NCBI GenBank assembly: GCA_964589775.1
Contig: CAZPUN010000013.1
Coordinates: 38,515-70,514, forward strand
Length of the DNA stretch: 32,000 nt
Reading direction: 5' to 3'
Source: an uncultured archaeon
Lineage (GTDB): Archaea > Asgardarchaeota > Thorarchaeia > Thorarchaeales > CAZPUN01
In this document: in pieces, positions 8,914 to 18,059 of the stretch
Layout of the letters: each line of letters begins with the position of its first letter
Position numbering within the stretch: the stretch's first letter is position 1
Program-made: the position numbers and the translations under genes
Notes under the pieces: generated by a model
Seen by the model: the letters and a program-made list of their open reading frames with translations, nothing else
Databases searched by the model: none
Told to the model about the DNA's origin: nothing

Positions 8914-9848
8914 TATTTTATTTTACTTCTCACGTTAATTTGCGATAATAATTGACATGTTTTACAAATTTCTCCTGATGTTGGCGCACCACATATTTTA
9001 CATTTATTTAATGGGCGTTTTTTACCTATATTTTGTATATGTGGATGAATTTGTAAAAATGTTCTTAATATTGCGAACATTGTACCCGGTCTTTTTTCTT
9101 CCATTGAATCTATAAAATATCTTATGTCATTTCTCATTGCTTCAGAGCTATATGGACATTTTTCCTGTTGATATTTAATACCTTTAAATTTTGCAAACAA
9201 CTCAATTTCATATTCTGGGATCTCAAATAATGGTTTAACACGCGGTATGAAATTTTCATGTTTATATGTTAATTTTGGTCCGATTCGTGCTAAGTGGTGT
9301 GCATCGCCTCTAAGAAAGTTCATTATTATTGTTTGGGCTTGATCATTTAGATTATGCCCAGTTGCTATTACTGTTGCATTATGCTTCTTAGCTAACCAAT
9401 TCAATGCAGATCGTTTCATTACGCCACAATAGGCGCATGGTGTTAATTTAGAATCCTTAATTTTTAATACAAGTTCATCTAATGTTATTCCAAATATTTC
9501 CTTAAAAGTATATGATATTAATGGGATTTCCAATTTCTCAATATTTTCTTTTATAATTTGTTGTGTTATTTTACTATATTCTCCTGCTAATTCATTTATA
9601 TTAATTGCAAATATTTCAGTTTCCGGATATTTTTTCTCGATCTCAGATAATATGTGTAATAAGACTATACTATCTTTTCCTCCAGAAACGCCAACTGCAA
9701 TTTTGTCATCTAACTTAAACATAGAAAACTTGTTAATCGTTCGTCTTACTCTATCTATTATATTTTTAATAAAACATGAAGAACATAGCGGCTCGCCTGA
9801 ATAGGGTCTCACATAAACTGCAGGCTTGCCGCATTTATTACATTGCAT
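8910..9848 (-). CDS. tRNA 2-thiolation protein, TtuA/NcsA/Ctu1 family
   Basis: N- and C-terminal Zn fingers, PP-loop SGGKDS, CAYCGV, TGHNLND, RVKPL, CPY. Confidence 0.92.
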   Translation of the reverse strand: MQCNKCGKPAVYVRPYSGEPLCSSCFIKNIIDRVRRTINKFSMFKLDDKIAVGVSGGKDSIVLLHILSEIEKKYPETEIFAININELAGEYSKITQQIIKENIEKLEIPLISYTFKEIFGITLDELVLKIKDSKLTPCAYCGVMKRSALNWLAKKHNATVIATGHNLNDQAQTIIMNFLRGDAHHLARIGPKLTYKHENFIPRVKPLFEIPEYEIELFAKFKGIKYQQEKCPYSSEAMRNDIRYFIDSMEEKRPGTMFAILRTFLQIHPHIQNIGKKRPLNKCKICGAPTSGEICKTCQLLSQINVRSKIKY

Positions 9849-9865
9849 TTTTCATTACCTATTCT

Positions 9866-11050
9866 TTACAATAATGGTTTTCCGGTTAAGAATGTCATTA
9901 TAAAGTTCAAAGCTAATATTACCAATGATAATAGTCTTACTGAATTAAGAATTATTGATTTTGCTTTGATTTCTTTCTGTTTTATTATAATATGTTTTTC
10001 CTTTAGTGCTTTTGTTAATAGGTCCGATAATAAATAGTCTCCATCCAATGGTATGAGGGGTAATAAATTGAACATTCCAACGCTTATTAAGACAATCATG
10101 GACCATGTTAGTGTCATATATAGATGTGTTGACACCATTGGATCTATCCATGTTGCCCATGGTCTTGGTGGATAATATGTTGTTCCATATATTCCTATAT
10201 AACCTATATTTGGATTCGATGGATTTGTTCCAAGTGTAAGTTGTAAAATTCCATTGGATGTGTTTATTATGAGAATGCTTCCTGGTGTTGTATTTTGCAT
10301 AAACATACCTAAATCTGTCCATGTTTCTATTTGGGTGCCATTTAATGAATATATTATTGTTCCTGGTGTAATTACACCATCTGCAGGTCCACCTTGTTGA
10401 ATATTATATACATATACTCCTGCCGCAGGTTGATTTGTTAAGGAGATTAATGCAGGAAAATTCATAATCATAATCATAAACAAAAATCCAAAAATGATAT
10501 TTGAAAATGAGCCTGCGCCATAGACTCTCATTCTTTTTCTAATTGGTGCTTTTTTAATGACTTCTTCATCTGGTTCAACAAATCCACCAATTAATACTAA
10601 GAGAAATACTAATCCTGAACTTTTTACGGGAATATCATCTGCTTCGGCAGCTATTCCATGAGCTAATTCATGAGTAAGTAATGTAATTGTTAGGCCTATT
10701 AATATGTAGACCAATGGCATTCCTGAAACTGTAATTCCTGGGATTATCGGTACTACAGCTCCTGCATTTGCTGGCGCCGTAAAGAATGCAACTAAATTCA
10801 TATATAGTGTATAAAATATGTATCCCATTCCAAAGAAACCAACTACAATTCCTAAATCCCATAGCGCTCTCCAAAAGCGTGGTGATTTCTTTGCGATTTT
10901 CCTTAGAAATTGGTTTAATCTCTCTGTTTTATACATTATCATAAATGGCGCAATTTCAATGCCTCTCTTCTTTACATCAAAACTTTTTCCAATTGCCATG
11001 ATTATTATCCAAATGATTAATAATACAATCCACGGATTTAATTCTAGCAT
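9866..11050 (-). CDS. Site-2 protease (M50) with PDZ-like insert
   Basis: HELAH, GGFVEP, AGSFSN, FNLLPLIPLDG; multiple TM segments. Confidence 0.93.
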   Translation of the reverse strand: MLELNPWIVLLIIWIIIMAIGKSFDVKKRGIEIAPFMIMYKTERLNQFLRKIAKKSPRFWRALWDLGIVVGFFGMGYIFYTLYMNLVAFFTAPANAGAVVPIIPGITVSGMPLVYILIGLTITLLTHELAHGIAAEADDIPVKSSGLVFLLVLIGGFVEPDEEVIKKAPIRKRMRVYGAGSFSNIIFGFLFMIMIMNFPALISLTNQPAAGVYVYNIQQGGPADGVITPGTIIYSLNGTQIETWTDLGMFMQNTTPGSILIINTSNGILQLTLGTNPSNPNIGYIGIYGTTYYPPRPWATWIDPMVSTHLYMTLTWSMIVLISVGMFNLLPLIPLDGDYLLSDLLTKALKEKHIIIKQKEIKAKSIILNSVRLLSLVILALNFIMTFLTGKPLL

Positions 11051-11166
11051 TTTGATCCCATTCTATAATTAAGTTAATTTGGAAATATATTGAATATATG
11101 ATAAACTTTCTGTTTAAGATATGGACTGAATGGATAGGTTTTTTAATATTTTTTACGAAGTAAATA

Positions 11167-11479
11167 TGGCGGGTAGGCCCGGGGCGTTTGCCGTGCCCTG
11201 TAACCCGTAATCGGCAATAGCGGGGGGCAGTAACCCAATGGAAGGCATACCTCCGCGGTAATGGCCTGCATGTCCCTACGATGATACCCAGTCCCTTGGG
11301 GATACCGTTGGCGCAGCCACTCATGGAGGTGAGTGGCCAAGGCCAGAGGGAGCGAACCTGGCTAGGCCCGGGAGGGAGCAACCTAAGTTCCCGCGGTTAT
11401 CGCTCAGGGGAGCACTGGGTTGAGGAATGGCATGCAATCAGCCATTATCGCGGGGTGTGTCGACCTGCGGGGGCCGCCA
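11167..11479 (+). ncRNA. ffs: Archaeal SRP (7S) RNA
   Basis: Terminal helix TGGCGG/CCGCCA; Alu-domain CCCTGTAACCCG; helix 6 GCCACTCA-TGGAGG-TGAGTGGC; helix 8 AGGCCC-GGGA-GGGAGCA. Confidence 0.93.
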
Positions 11480-11535
11480 CTTAATTATTACACAATAGAA
11501 AACTTGATAAAGTGATTTGAAAAACAAAAATATGC

Positions 11536-11611
11536 GGGCCGATGGTCTAGTGGCTATGATTTCGCGCTTACACCGCGAAGATCGCTGGTTCGAATCCGGC
11601 TCGGCCCACCA
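11536..11611 (+). tRNA. tRNA-Val(TAC), no intron, CCA encoded
   Basis: GGGCCGA/TCGGCCC acceptor; TCGCG-CTTACAC-CGCGA; TTCGAAT T-loop. Confidence 0.96.
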
Positions 11612-11630
11612 TTCTTATCTTTAACTTAGC

Positions 11631-11802
11631 GCTGGGGTATCCAAGCCCGGTATGGAGCCAGCCTGCTAAGTTGGTGACCCTTGTGGTCTCGAGGGTTCGA
11701 AAGTGTATATACACCGATAATCTCGTGAGAGGCGAAGTAGCCCATGAGTACGGTGTACCGGTTGAAAGTGTATATGCACCGAAAATCCCTCCCCCAGCGC
11801 CA
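11631..11802 (+). tRNA. tRNA-Ser(GCT) with 84-nt intron at 59/60 (11702-11785)
   Basis: GCTGGGG/CCCCAGC, CCAGC-CTGCTAA-GTTGG, long variable arm; BHB TTCG-AAA ... CGAA-AAT restores GAGGG-TTCGAAT-CCCTC. Confidence 0.9.
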
Positions 11803-11894
11803 TAAAATGTTCGAAAACGTAGAATTCATAACTGTTTGTGTCGTATTATATATTATATAAAAAAATTTCTTCTACTGAAGGTGAAAGGTACTAT

Positions 11895-12425
11895 ATGTAT
11901 GACGCAATGAGAATTAATAGTGATTTATTCAAAACTGTATTGGAAGAATTAGGCGGAAAAGAAGCAGTTGAAATTGCATCTGTATTAATTAATGTTCCAG
12001 AAACTACTGATGAGGGTATTGCTACAAAAACCGGTTTAAGATTAAATGTAGTACGTAAAGTGCTATATAAATTACATTCAAATAGCTTGGCTTCCTATCG
12101 TCGAATTCGAGATCAATCTACTGGATGGTTTATTTACTTTTGGAAATTAAACCCCGATAGAGCGCAATACTTGATTAATAAAAAGAAAAAAACAGTTCTG
12201 AATTTATTGGAACAAAGATTAGAATATGAAAAAAACAATGTATTTTATGTCTGTAAAAATAATGATACTCCATTATTAACATTTGATGAAGCAATGGAAT
12301 ATTCATTCAAATGTCCACATTGCGATATGCCTCTGATATACTTTGAAAACAAAGCTGCTATTGAATTTCTAGAAAAAAGAATTGACGAGCTCAAGCGAGA
12401 TCTATCAAGATATAATAACCTATAA
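11895..12425 (+). CDS. tfe: Transcription factor E alpha
   Basis: TDEGIA..TGLRLNVVRKVLYKL, GWFIYFW, Zn ribbon C..N...FDEAMEYSFKCPHC; ATG at 11895 after GGTGA. Confidence 0.95.
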   Translation: MYDAMRINSDLFKTVLEELGGKEAVEIASVLINVPETTDEGIATKTGLRLNVVRKVLYKLHSNSLASYRRIRDQSTGWFIYFWKLNPDRAQYLINKKKKTVLNLLEQRLEYEKNNVFYVCKNNDTPLLTFDEAMEYSFKCPHCDMPLIYFENKAAIEFLEKRIDELKRDLSRYNNL

Positions 12426-12468
12426 AAATATTCTATACTTTCCGATAATAAAAAAGGAATGAGGCATA

Positions 12469-13224
12469 TTGTCATCAATTATTTTAGCTCGTAGGCTATA
12501 TGGTCCTTTTTTAAAAAAGGCCTATAATTATTTCAAACGAGAACTTAGTGAGATTTTTTCTGAATTGGATCTTAAATTTGTTTGTAATTTACTTGACGAT
12601 GGTCGTTTAAAAATTAAATTAGAGGGTATTGATAGCGAATTTGCATCAAATCTATTGAAACAAAAGTATGGCGAGTGTATTTCTGTATCACAACTAAAAA
12701 TTGGAACAAAATTCATAGGAAATCTAATTGATGTTGGAAAACATGGATTTGGTCTCTATGTTCGACCGTGTTACTGTAGTGAGTTTTATAAAGACGCGCT
12801 ATTACCTTTGTATTTAATAAAAAAACAATTATCTAATGAATCCTTACGCAAGCTTGTTTTTAGATATGGTTTTGTCGAGTTTCAAAACATCGAAGTTGAA
12901 ATTGTGGATTTAGATTATAAATTAGAATCTCCTGATGTTCCATACAAAATTTCTGTTAATTTTACAAGGCGTCAATTAGATATATTTAATTCTTGGGTCA
13001 ATGCAAACCATGATCGTATTATTATTTCAGGTGCATTGCTATCTGATGTGCGACGTGCGCTGATTAAAACAGATCATATATCTGATATTTTAAAAATGAA
13101 GAGTCCCTGGATATTAGAACATATTCTTGTTGTAAAAAAGTCATCAAATGCTACTGGCATTTTATCCTCTATCGGAAAATATCTCTCAAATGTACCTATA
13201 GGTATTATTCGTCGTAAGAATTAG
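12469..13224 (+). CDS. Conserved archaeal protein, DUF2110-like
   Basis: G.DSEFA.N.L..KYG, GKHGFGLYV, H..DI; position directly after tfe matches known synteny. Confidence 0.75.
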   Translation: MSSIILARRLYGPFLKKAYNYFKRELSEIFSELDLKFVCNLLDDGRLKIKLEGIDSEFASNLLKQKYGECISVSQLKIGTKFIGNLIDVGKHGFGLYVRPCYCSEFYKDALLPLYLIKKQLSNESLRKLVFRYGFVEFQNIEVEIVDLDYKLESPDVPYKISVNFTRRQLDIFNSWVNANHDRIIISGALLSDVRRALIKTDHISDILKMKSPWILEHILVVKKSSNATGILSSIGKYLSNVPIGIIRRKN

Positions 13225-13236
13225 GAGGAATTTATT

Positions 13237-13899
13237 CTGAGACTCGACGAATATATTCGATTTTTAGGAATAGTGGAGTCTAGAAATAGATCTCAAAATT
13301 TAATTCAAAATGGTATGGTCTTTGTTAATGGAAAAATGGTAAAGAAGCGGTCCTATGTTGTCAATGATAGTGATTTTTTGCTTGTTTTATTAAATGATGA
13401 CTATCGCTATCCATTGGGTTATTCAAAAATAAAGAGATTGTTAAAATATATAAATATACAAATTTCCAAAAAAGCAAAAATATTGGATGTAGGTTCAAGC
13501 CATGGAGGATTTATTGAATATTTCTCTCAATATACACATAATATAACTGCTATAGAAATTGATAAAGAAAAGGTTAATTATTTAAAATCAAAATATAATT
13601 TTTTGGAAATAATTTGTGCCGATGCTTTTAAAATTCCGTATAATAAATTTAAGAAAAATTCATTTGATATTATTTCTATTGATGTTACTACTGAACCTGA
13701 GGGCACTTTAAACTTGATTAAAAAATTTCTTTTATTCTTAAAAGGTGAAGGCATTCTTATTGCTGCATTTAAGTGTAATTGTTCTTTTATTGAAAATGAA
13801 TTGAATAATATAAAATATTTTGGGGGTGTTGTAAAAAAGGTCATTCAGCTAGATGAAAAAAAGCGTGAATGCCACGTATTTATTTCCCGCGACGTTTGA
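13237..13899 (+). CDS. S4-domain SAM-dependent RNA methyltransferase (TlyA-like), probable CTG start
   Basis: LRLDEYIRFLGIVESRNRSQNLIQNGMVFVNG S4 motif begins upstream of the track start; LDVGSSHGGF motif I. Confidence 0.8.
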   Translation: MRLDEYIRFLGIVESRNRSQNLIQNGMVFVNGKMVKKRSYVVNDSDFLLVLLNDDYRYPLGYSKIKRLLKYINIQISKKAKILDVGSSHGGFIEYFSQYTHNITAIEIDKEKVNYLKSKYNFLEIICADAFKIPYNKFKKNSFDIISIDVTTEPEGTLNLIKKFLLFLKGEGILIAAFKCNCSFIENELNNIKYFGGVVKKVIQLDEKKRECHVFISRDV

Positions 13900-14395
13900 T
13901 CTTTACAACATCCCCTAGTGTTAATTCTTCATCTTTTTTATCAAGTTTTATAGGAATGTCAGGTATTTCTATTCGTAAGCTTATTCCTAAGACTCTCTCT
14001 AATTTTTTAATTGTTTTATTTTCTGGGACTATCCGTTTAGTCTCGATTGCTTGTAAAACTGATAGTCGTTCTCCAATTTGTCTCGCGAGTTCTTGTTGTG
14101 AAAGTCCCAATTTTTGGCGTCTCTCTTTAATTACTACATTGTAGTCCTCAATAATTTCATAATCTTCGTCCAATTGTCTTGATTTTTTATGCGTTCTAAT
14201 TTTTGGCTTTGGAATGTAGACTTGTTTTCTTATTCTTTTTGAACTGTGTTTCTTTTGTTCTATAGGCTCAGATTTAATTTCCTCACCTAATTTTGCGCAC
14301 GTAGAACAAACAGTCATTGTGGCTCCTTCAATTCTAATGGTAATTGGTTTGCCCTTTATAGGGCGCCCACAAATCTCACAAAGCAATTTGGTCAC
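13880..14395 (-). CDS. mbf1: Archaeal multiprotein bridging factor 1
   Basis: CEICG...VCSTC Zn ribbon, HTH GLSQQELARQIGE, C-terminal TLGD. Confidence 0.95.
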   Translation of the reverse strand: MTKLLCEICGRPIKGKPITIRIEGATMTVCSTCAKLGEEIKSEPIEQKKHSSKRIRKQVYIPKPKIRTHKKSRQLDEDYEIIEDYNVVIKERRQKLGLSQQELARQIGERLSVLQAIETKRIVPENKTIKKLERVLGISLRIEIPDIPIKLDKKDEELTLGDVVKIKRRGK

Positions 14396-14501
14396 CTTTT
14401 ATATAATATAAAAAGCATTAACACAAATAACCGTTACAATTTTATTTATAGCATTTTTTATATTAAAAGTAACAAATATAAACATATAAAATAAAGAATT
14501 A

Positions 14502-15716
14502 ATGGGTATGACAATGACGGGATCAGTAACTGACAAAGATAACAAACGAATTAATGATGCATATTTATCTAGTTATGCACAACATCTTGAAAGAAAATTA
14601 AGAGCTCTTGAAACTGAAAAGCAAATCTTGCATGCTGAAAGAGCAAGACTTCAACAAGAGCTTCATTCATTACGAGTTGAATTAGAAAAAATGCGGCATC
14701 CTCCGCTTGTTGCTGCTACTATTGTTGATGTATTACCTGATGGGCGAGCTATTGTTCGTAGTACTACTGGGCCCTCGTTCGTTGTATATGTTGCATCATC
14801 AATACCACAAAAGTATTTACAACCGGGAAGTCATGTTGCATTAAATCAGAGAACTTTTGCGATAGTTGAAGGTCTTCCTGTAAATCGAGAACCATTTATT
14901 AAAAATATGGAAATTGAAGAGGTTCCGAATGTTACATATGATGATATTGGTGGATTACATGAACAAATCCGTGAAATTAGAGAGACTGTTGAACTTCCAC
15001 TATTAAAACCCGAATTATTTGAAAAAGTTGGAATTGAACCACCAAAAGGCATATTACTTACTGGGCCTCCCGGGACTGGAAAAACATTGTGTGCAAAGGC
15101 TGTTGCACATGAAACAAAAGCAACATTCATTAAAGTAATTGCATCCGAATTCGTTCAGAAGTTTATTGGTGAAGGTGCGCGTATTGTTCGTGAAATTTTT
15201 GACTTAGCACGTGAAAAAGCCCCTACAATTATGTTTATCGACGAGTTGGATGCTGTTGGAAGTCGCCGCTTAGATATTGCAACTAGTGGAGATCGTGAAG
15301 TACAACGGACTCTTATGCAGCTTCTAAGTGAGATGGATGGTTTTGAATCTCGTGGGAATGTCAGAATTATTGCAGCTACAAATCGACCTGATATTTTAGA
15401 TCCTGCACTGTTAAGACCCGGACGCTTTGATAGAATCATTGAATTTACTCTACCTAATCTAGATGGGCGTATTGAAATATTCAAAATCCACACAAGAAAT
15501 ATGAATATAGATAAAGATATTGATTTCATAAAATTAGGCGAATTAAGCGAACATGCAACCGGTGCAGATATTAAGGCTATTACGACTGAAGCCGGCATGT
15601 ATGCCATACGCGCAGGTCGAACAAAAGTAACAATGGATGATTTTATCAACGCAATTGAAAAAGTTTTACATAAAACAAGTAGATCATTCAAAGCTCCTGT
15701 TGATATTTACGCCTAA
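14502..15716 (+). CDS. pan: Proteasome-activating nucleotidase
   Basis: Coiled coil plus OB domain, [34 protein letters not shown], HbYX C-terminus IYA. Confidence 0.97.
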   Translation: MGMTMTGSVTDKDNKRINDAYLSSYAQHLERKLRALETEKQILHAERARLQQELHSLRVELEKMRHPPLVAATIVDVLPDGRAIVRSTTGPSFVVYVASSIPQKYLQPGSHVALNQRTFAIVEGLPVNREPFIKNMEIEEVPNVTYDDIGGLHEQIREIRETVELPLLKPELFEKVGIEPPKGILLTGPPGTGKTLCAKAVAHETKATFIKVIASEFVQKFIGEGARIVREIFDLAREKAPTIMFIDELDAVGSRRLDIATSGDREVQRTLMQLLSEMDGFESRGNVRIIAATNRPDILDPALLRPGRFDRIIEFTLPNLDGRIEIFKIHTRNMNIDKDIDFIKLGELSEHATGADIKAITTEAGMYAIRAGRTKVTMDDFINAIEKVLHKTSRSFKAPVDIYA

Positions 15717-15829
15717 TTTTTCCTTTTTTTACTTAACAATTTTTTATATTCTGATGTATTTTTTTAATATGTACATATTATTTTTATCTGATAACGTAAT
15801 TCTATTAAGATTATAAATCTCAATTTTAT

Positions 15830-16043
15830 TTGCGATGACGAGATATTCCCACTATCGAGGGCGCGTTGAGAAATATCGATGATACGCTGCGCAATATGTG
15901 GGAAACATCTGAGCAAGCGCCGGAACTACAGAAACACCAGAATTCCTGGCACGAGAGAGCTCAGCAGAGGTGGACGGAATGTCCTGACTGTGAAGCTGAG
16001 TGTTAGTGCGTTAGGATACAGGTGTTCCTGTACCGGCGCTTTT
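15830..16043 (+). ncRNA. Putative two-hairpin H/ACA guide RNA with box C/D cap on hairpin 1
   Basis: GC-rich island in an AT-rich spacer; two hairpins, each with pocket, apical K-turn and ACA 14 or 16 nt from the pocket; ATGACGA/CTGA K-turn closes hairpin 1; ends in a T-tract. Confidence 0.75.
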
Positions 16044-16048
16044 AGATT

Positions 16049-16714
16049 TTAAATCTCAATTGTATCTCCAGGATTTAGAATGTGTGCTTTTGTATTTGGC
16101 GATTCTTTTTCGACGTATTTCATAAATTCATTAGGATCTTTCTCTATTACCGGAAATGTGTTATAATGCATAGGTATTACATGTTTAACTCCTAATAGTT
16201 TAGTAGCAATAGCTGCTTCCTTAGGTCCCATTGTGAATGTCGAACCAATCGGTAATAGTGCAATATCTGGTTTATAAACATCGCCTAATAATTTCATATC
16301 ACCAAATAATCCAGTATCACCGGGATGATAAATTGTATGACTTGCAAATTTCACAATGAAGCCGATAGGTGCCCCGATTGATGAAGAATGGAATGCTCGG
16401 GTCATAATTATTTCGGTATTTCCTAATTTATATGTACCACCAATATTCATCCCTAATGTATTTTTCACTCCTTTTTCAGAAGCAACATTTGCTAATTCGA
16501 AGATACTCACAAAGGTTGCATTGGTTTTTTTAGCAATTTCTATGCCTTCATCTAGTCCATGGTCTCCATGATCATGAGAGACAAAAACAAAATCACATTT
16601 ATTTATGTCATCAATTTTCATTTTTGAAGTTGGAGCTGATAACCATGGATCAAAGAAAGCAATTACATCATCCTCAATTTTAAAACCTGCATGTCCTATG
16701 TATGTTATTTTCAT
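16049..16714 (-). CDS. Metal-dependent hydrolase, metallo-beta-lactamase fold (UPF0173-like)
   Basis: MKITYIGHAG start, DPW, SHDHGDH, YHPGDT, LPIG, PMHYNTF. Confidence 0.92.
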   Translation of the reverse strand: MKITYIGHAGFKIEDDVIAFFDPWLSAPTSKMKIDDINKCDFVFVSHDHGDHGLDEGIEIAKKTNATFVSIFELANVASEKGVKNTLGMNIGGTYKLGNTEIIMTRAFHSSSIGAPIGFIVKFASHTIYHPGDTGLFGDMKLLGDVYKPDIALLPIGSTFTMGPKEAAIATKLLGVKHVIPMHYNTFPVIEKDPNEFMKYVEKESPNTKAHILNPGDTIEI

Positions 16715-16782
16715 AATAACCACCTCATCCAAATCTTTAATTGTATTTATGCATTTTAATTCATCGATTATATTATAGGAGG

Positions 16783-17685
16783 TTGAACACCTCGAACGAT
16801 GAAATATTAGAAAAATATTTGTTAGCTGGAAAAATTGCTGCAAATGCACGAGAAAAAGCTGCAGCATTAGTAAAGCCTGGTGCTATGGTACTTGAAATCT
16901 GTGAATTTGCAGAGAATTATATTCTTCAATCTGGTGCAAAGCTTGCATTTCCGTGTAATATTTCCATTAATGAGATTGCTGCACATTATACACCTTTTGT
17001 TAATGATTTAACGAAAATACCAAAAAAAGGGCTTGTAAAAATTGATGTTGGGGCTCACATTGATGGATATATTGCAGATACAGCAAAAACTGTCGATATT
17101 GATGGTAGCTATCAAAAATTAACCGAGGCTTCGCTACATGCATTAACTATGGCAATTGAGCACATGCGACCTGATGAATCTCTTTCCAACATTGGAAAAA
17201 TTATCATGAATTCTATAAATTCATATGGATTTAAGCCGATTCGCAATTTAACTGGTCATCTACTTCAAAGATATATTTTACATGCCGGTAAAAGCGTTCC
17301 AAACGTTCCTATGAGTGGATTACCCAAAATAAAAGTTGATGAAGTTTATGCGATTGAACCATTTGCGACTGATGGTGCTGGATCTATTTTTCAAATTCGC
17401 CATGGTCAAATTTTTAGTTGTGTAAAAAAACCAACATTCTTTGCGACAAAATCAAAGCGTGAACTCTGGAAGATACTAAAATCTAAATTTGGCACTCTAC
17501 CGTTTGCAGCACGATGGCTTAAAGATACATGGAAAGAACCTGATGAACGATTGCATAAACTAGCAAAATCACATCTTCTTTATGAATATCCTCCACTTAT
17601 TGAATACAAACGTGGTATGGTTTCTCAATGGGAACACACAGTAATTGTAACATCAGAAGGTCCAATTATAACTACAAAAATATAA
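16783..17685 (+). CDS. map: Methionine aminopeptidase type II
   Basis: AFPCNISINEIAAHY, KIDVGAHIDGYIADTA, NLTGH, AIEPF, QWEHT; start position uncertain. Confidence 0.94.
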   Translation: MNTSNDEILEKYLLAGKIAANAREKAAALVKPGAMVLEICEFAENYILQSGAKLAFPCNISINEIAAHYTPFVNDLTKIPKKGLVKIDVGAHIDGYIADTAKTVDIDGSYQKLTEASLHALTMAIEHMRPDESLSNIGKIIMNSINSYGFKPIRNLTGHLLQRYILHAGKSVPNVPMSGLPKIKVDEVYAIEPFATDGAGSIFQIRHGQIFSCVKKPTFFATKSKRELWKILKSKFGTLPFAARWLKDTWKEPDERLHKLAKSHLLYEYPPLIEYKRGMVSQWEHTVIVTSEGPIITTKI

Positions 17686-17695
17686 AAAAAAAGGA

Positions 17696-18058
17696 TTATA
17701 ATTCGGGATTCTTTTCTTCCTCTTTTTCTACAAATATTCCCTTTATTACTAATTCGGAATTACATTTTGGGCAATTTCCGACGACTTTAAAGATGTAATC
17801 ATCATCTTTGAAGTTTCTTATTTCCTTAAATCCGCAAGATTTGCATATTATAAGTGTATGTGTTTCAGGTTCAGGTTCTTCCGTAGTCCTCTTTGTTCCT
17901 GTTGATAATAATGTAAATGCTGTGGAAATTAGTAATAAAGCTATAAAGAAATTCAAATAATCATCTTGGGGATTTCCAAAAAACAAAAAATAACTTCCCA
18001 ATGACATCAAAATGAATGCAATAATGGTTGTTATTAGTGATTTTATGTTGACTTTCAT
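17696..18058 (-). CDS. Conserved 2-TM membrane protein with C-terminal Zn ribbon
   Basis: Two hydrophobic helices, CKSC...RNFKDDDYIFK...CPKC. Confidence 0.75.
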   Translation of the reverse strand: MKVNIKSLITTIIAFILMSLGSYFLFFGNPQDDYLNFFIALLLISTAFTLLSTGTKRTTEEPEPETHTLIICKSCGFKEIRNFKDDDYIFKVVGNCPKCNSELVIKGIFVEKEEEKNPEL

Positions 18059-18059
18059 T

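Noticed and set aside
11754-11765. GTACCGG-TTGA in the tRNA-Ser intron as a self-guide to the D-loop CCGGTAT
   Set aside because: Only 7 bp and no convincing partner C box; too weak to call
11694-11787. Repeat-spacer-repeat resembling a mini-CRISPR
   Set aside because: Only two imperfect copies, located inside a tRNA intron and explained by BHB structure; no cas genes in the window
10977-11829. ORFs 10977..11381, 11143..11340, 11281..11484 and 11626..11829
   Set aside because: Shadow frames over SRP RNA and tRNA-Ser
15857-15869. GAGGGCGCG-TTGA as a D' methylation guide against CGCGCCCTC in tRNA-Leu (20197-20205)
   Set aside because: Most of it forms the upper stem of the H/ACA hairpin, which explains the sequence better; a 9-nt GC-rich match may be chance, though not excluded
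15830-16043. RNase P RNA or SECIS element
   Set aside because: No GAGGAAAGUCC / ACAGAA..CGGCUUA P4 pairing; neither flanking gene has an in-frame UGA
16715-16867. Long overlapping N-termini of the hydrolase and map ORFs
   Set aside because: Family-like sequence starts at 16714 (minus) and about 16783 (plus), leaving a normal divergent promoter
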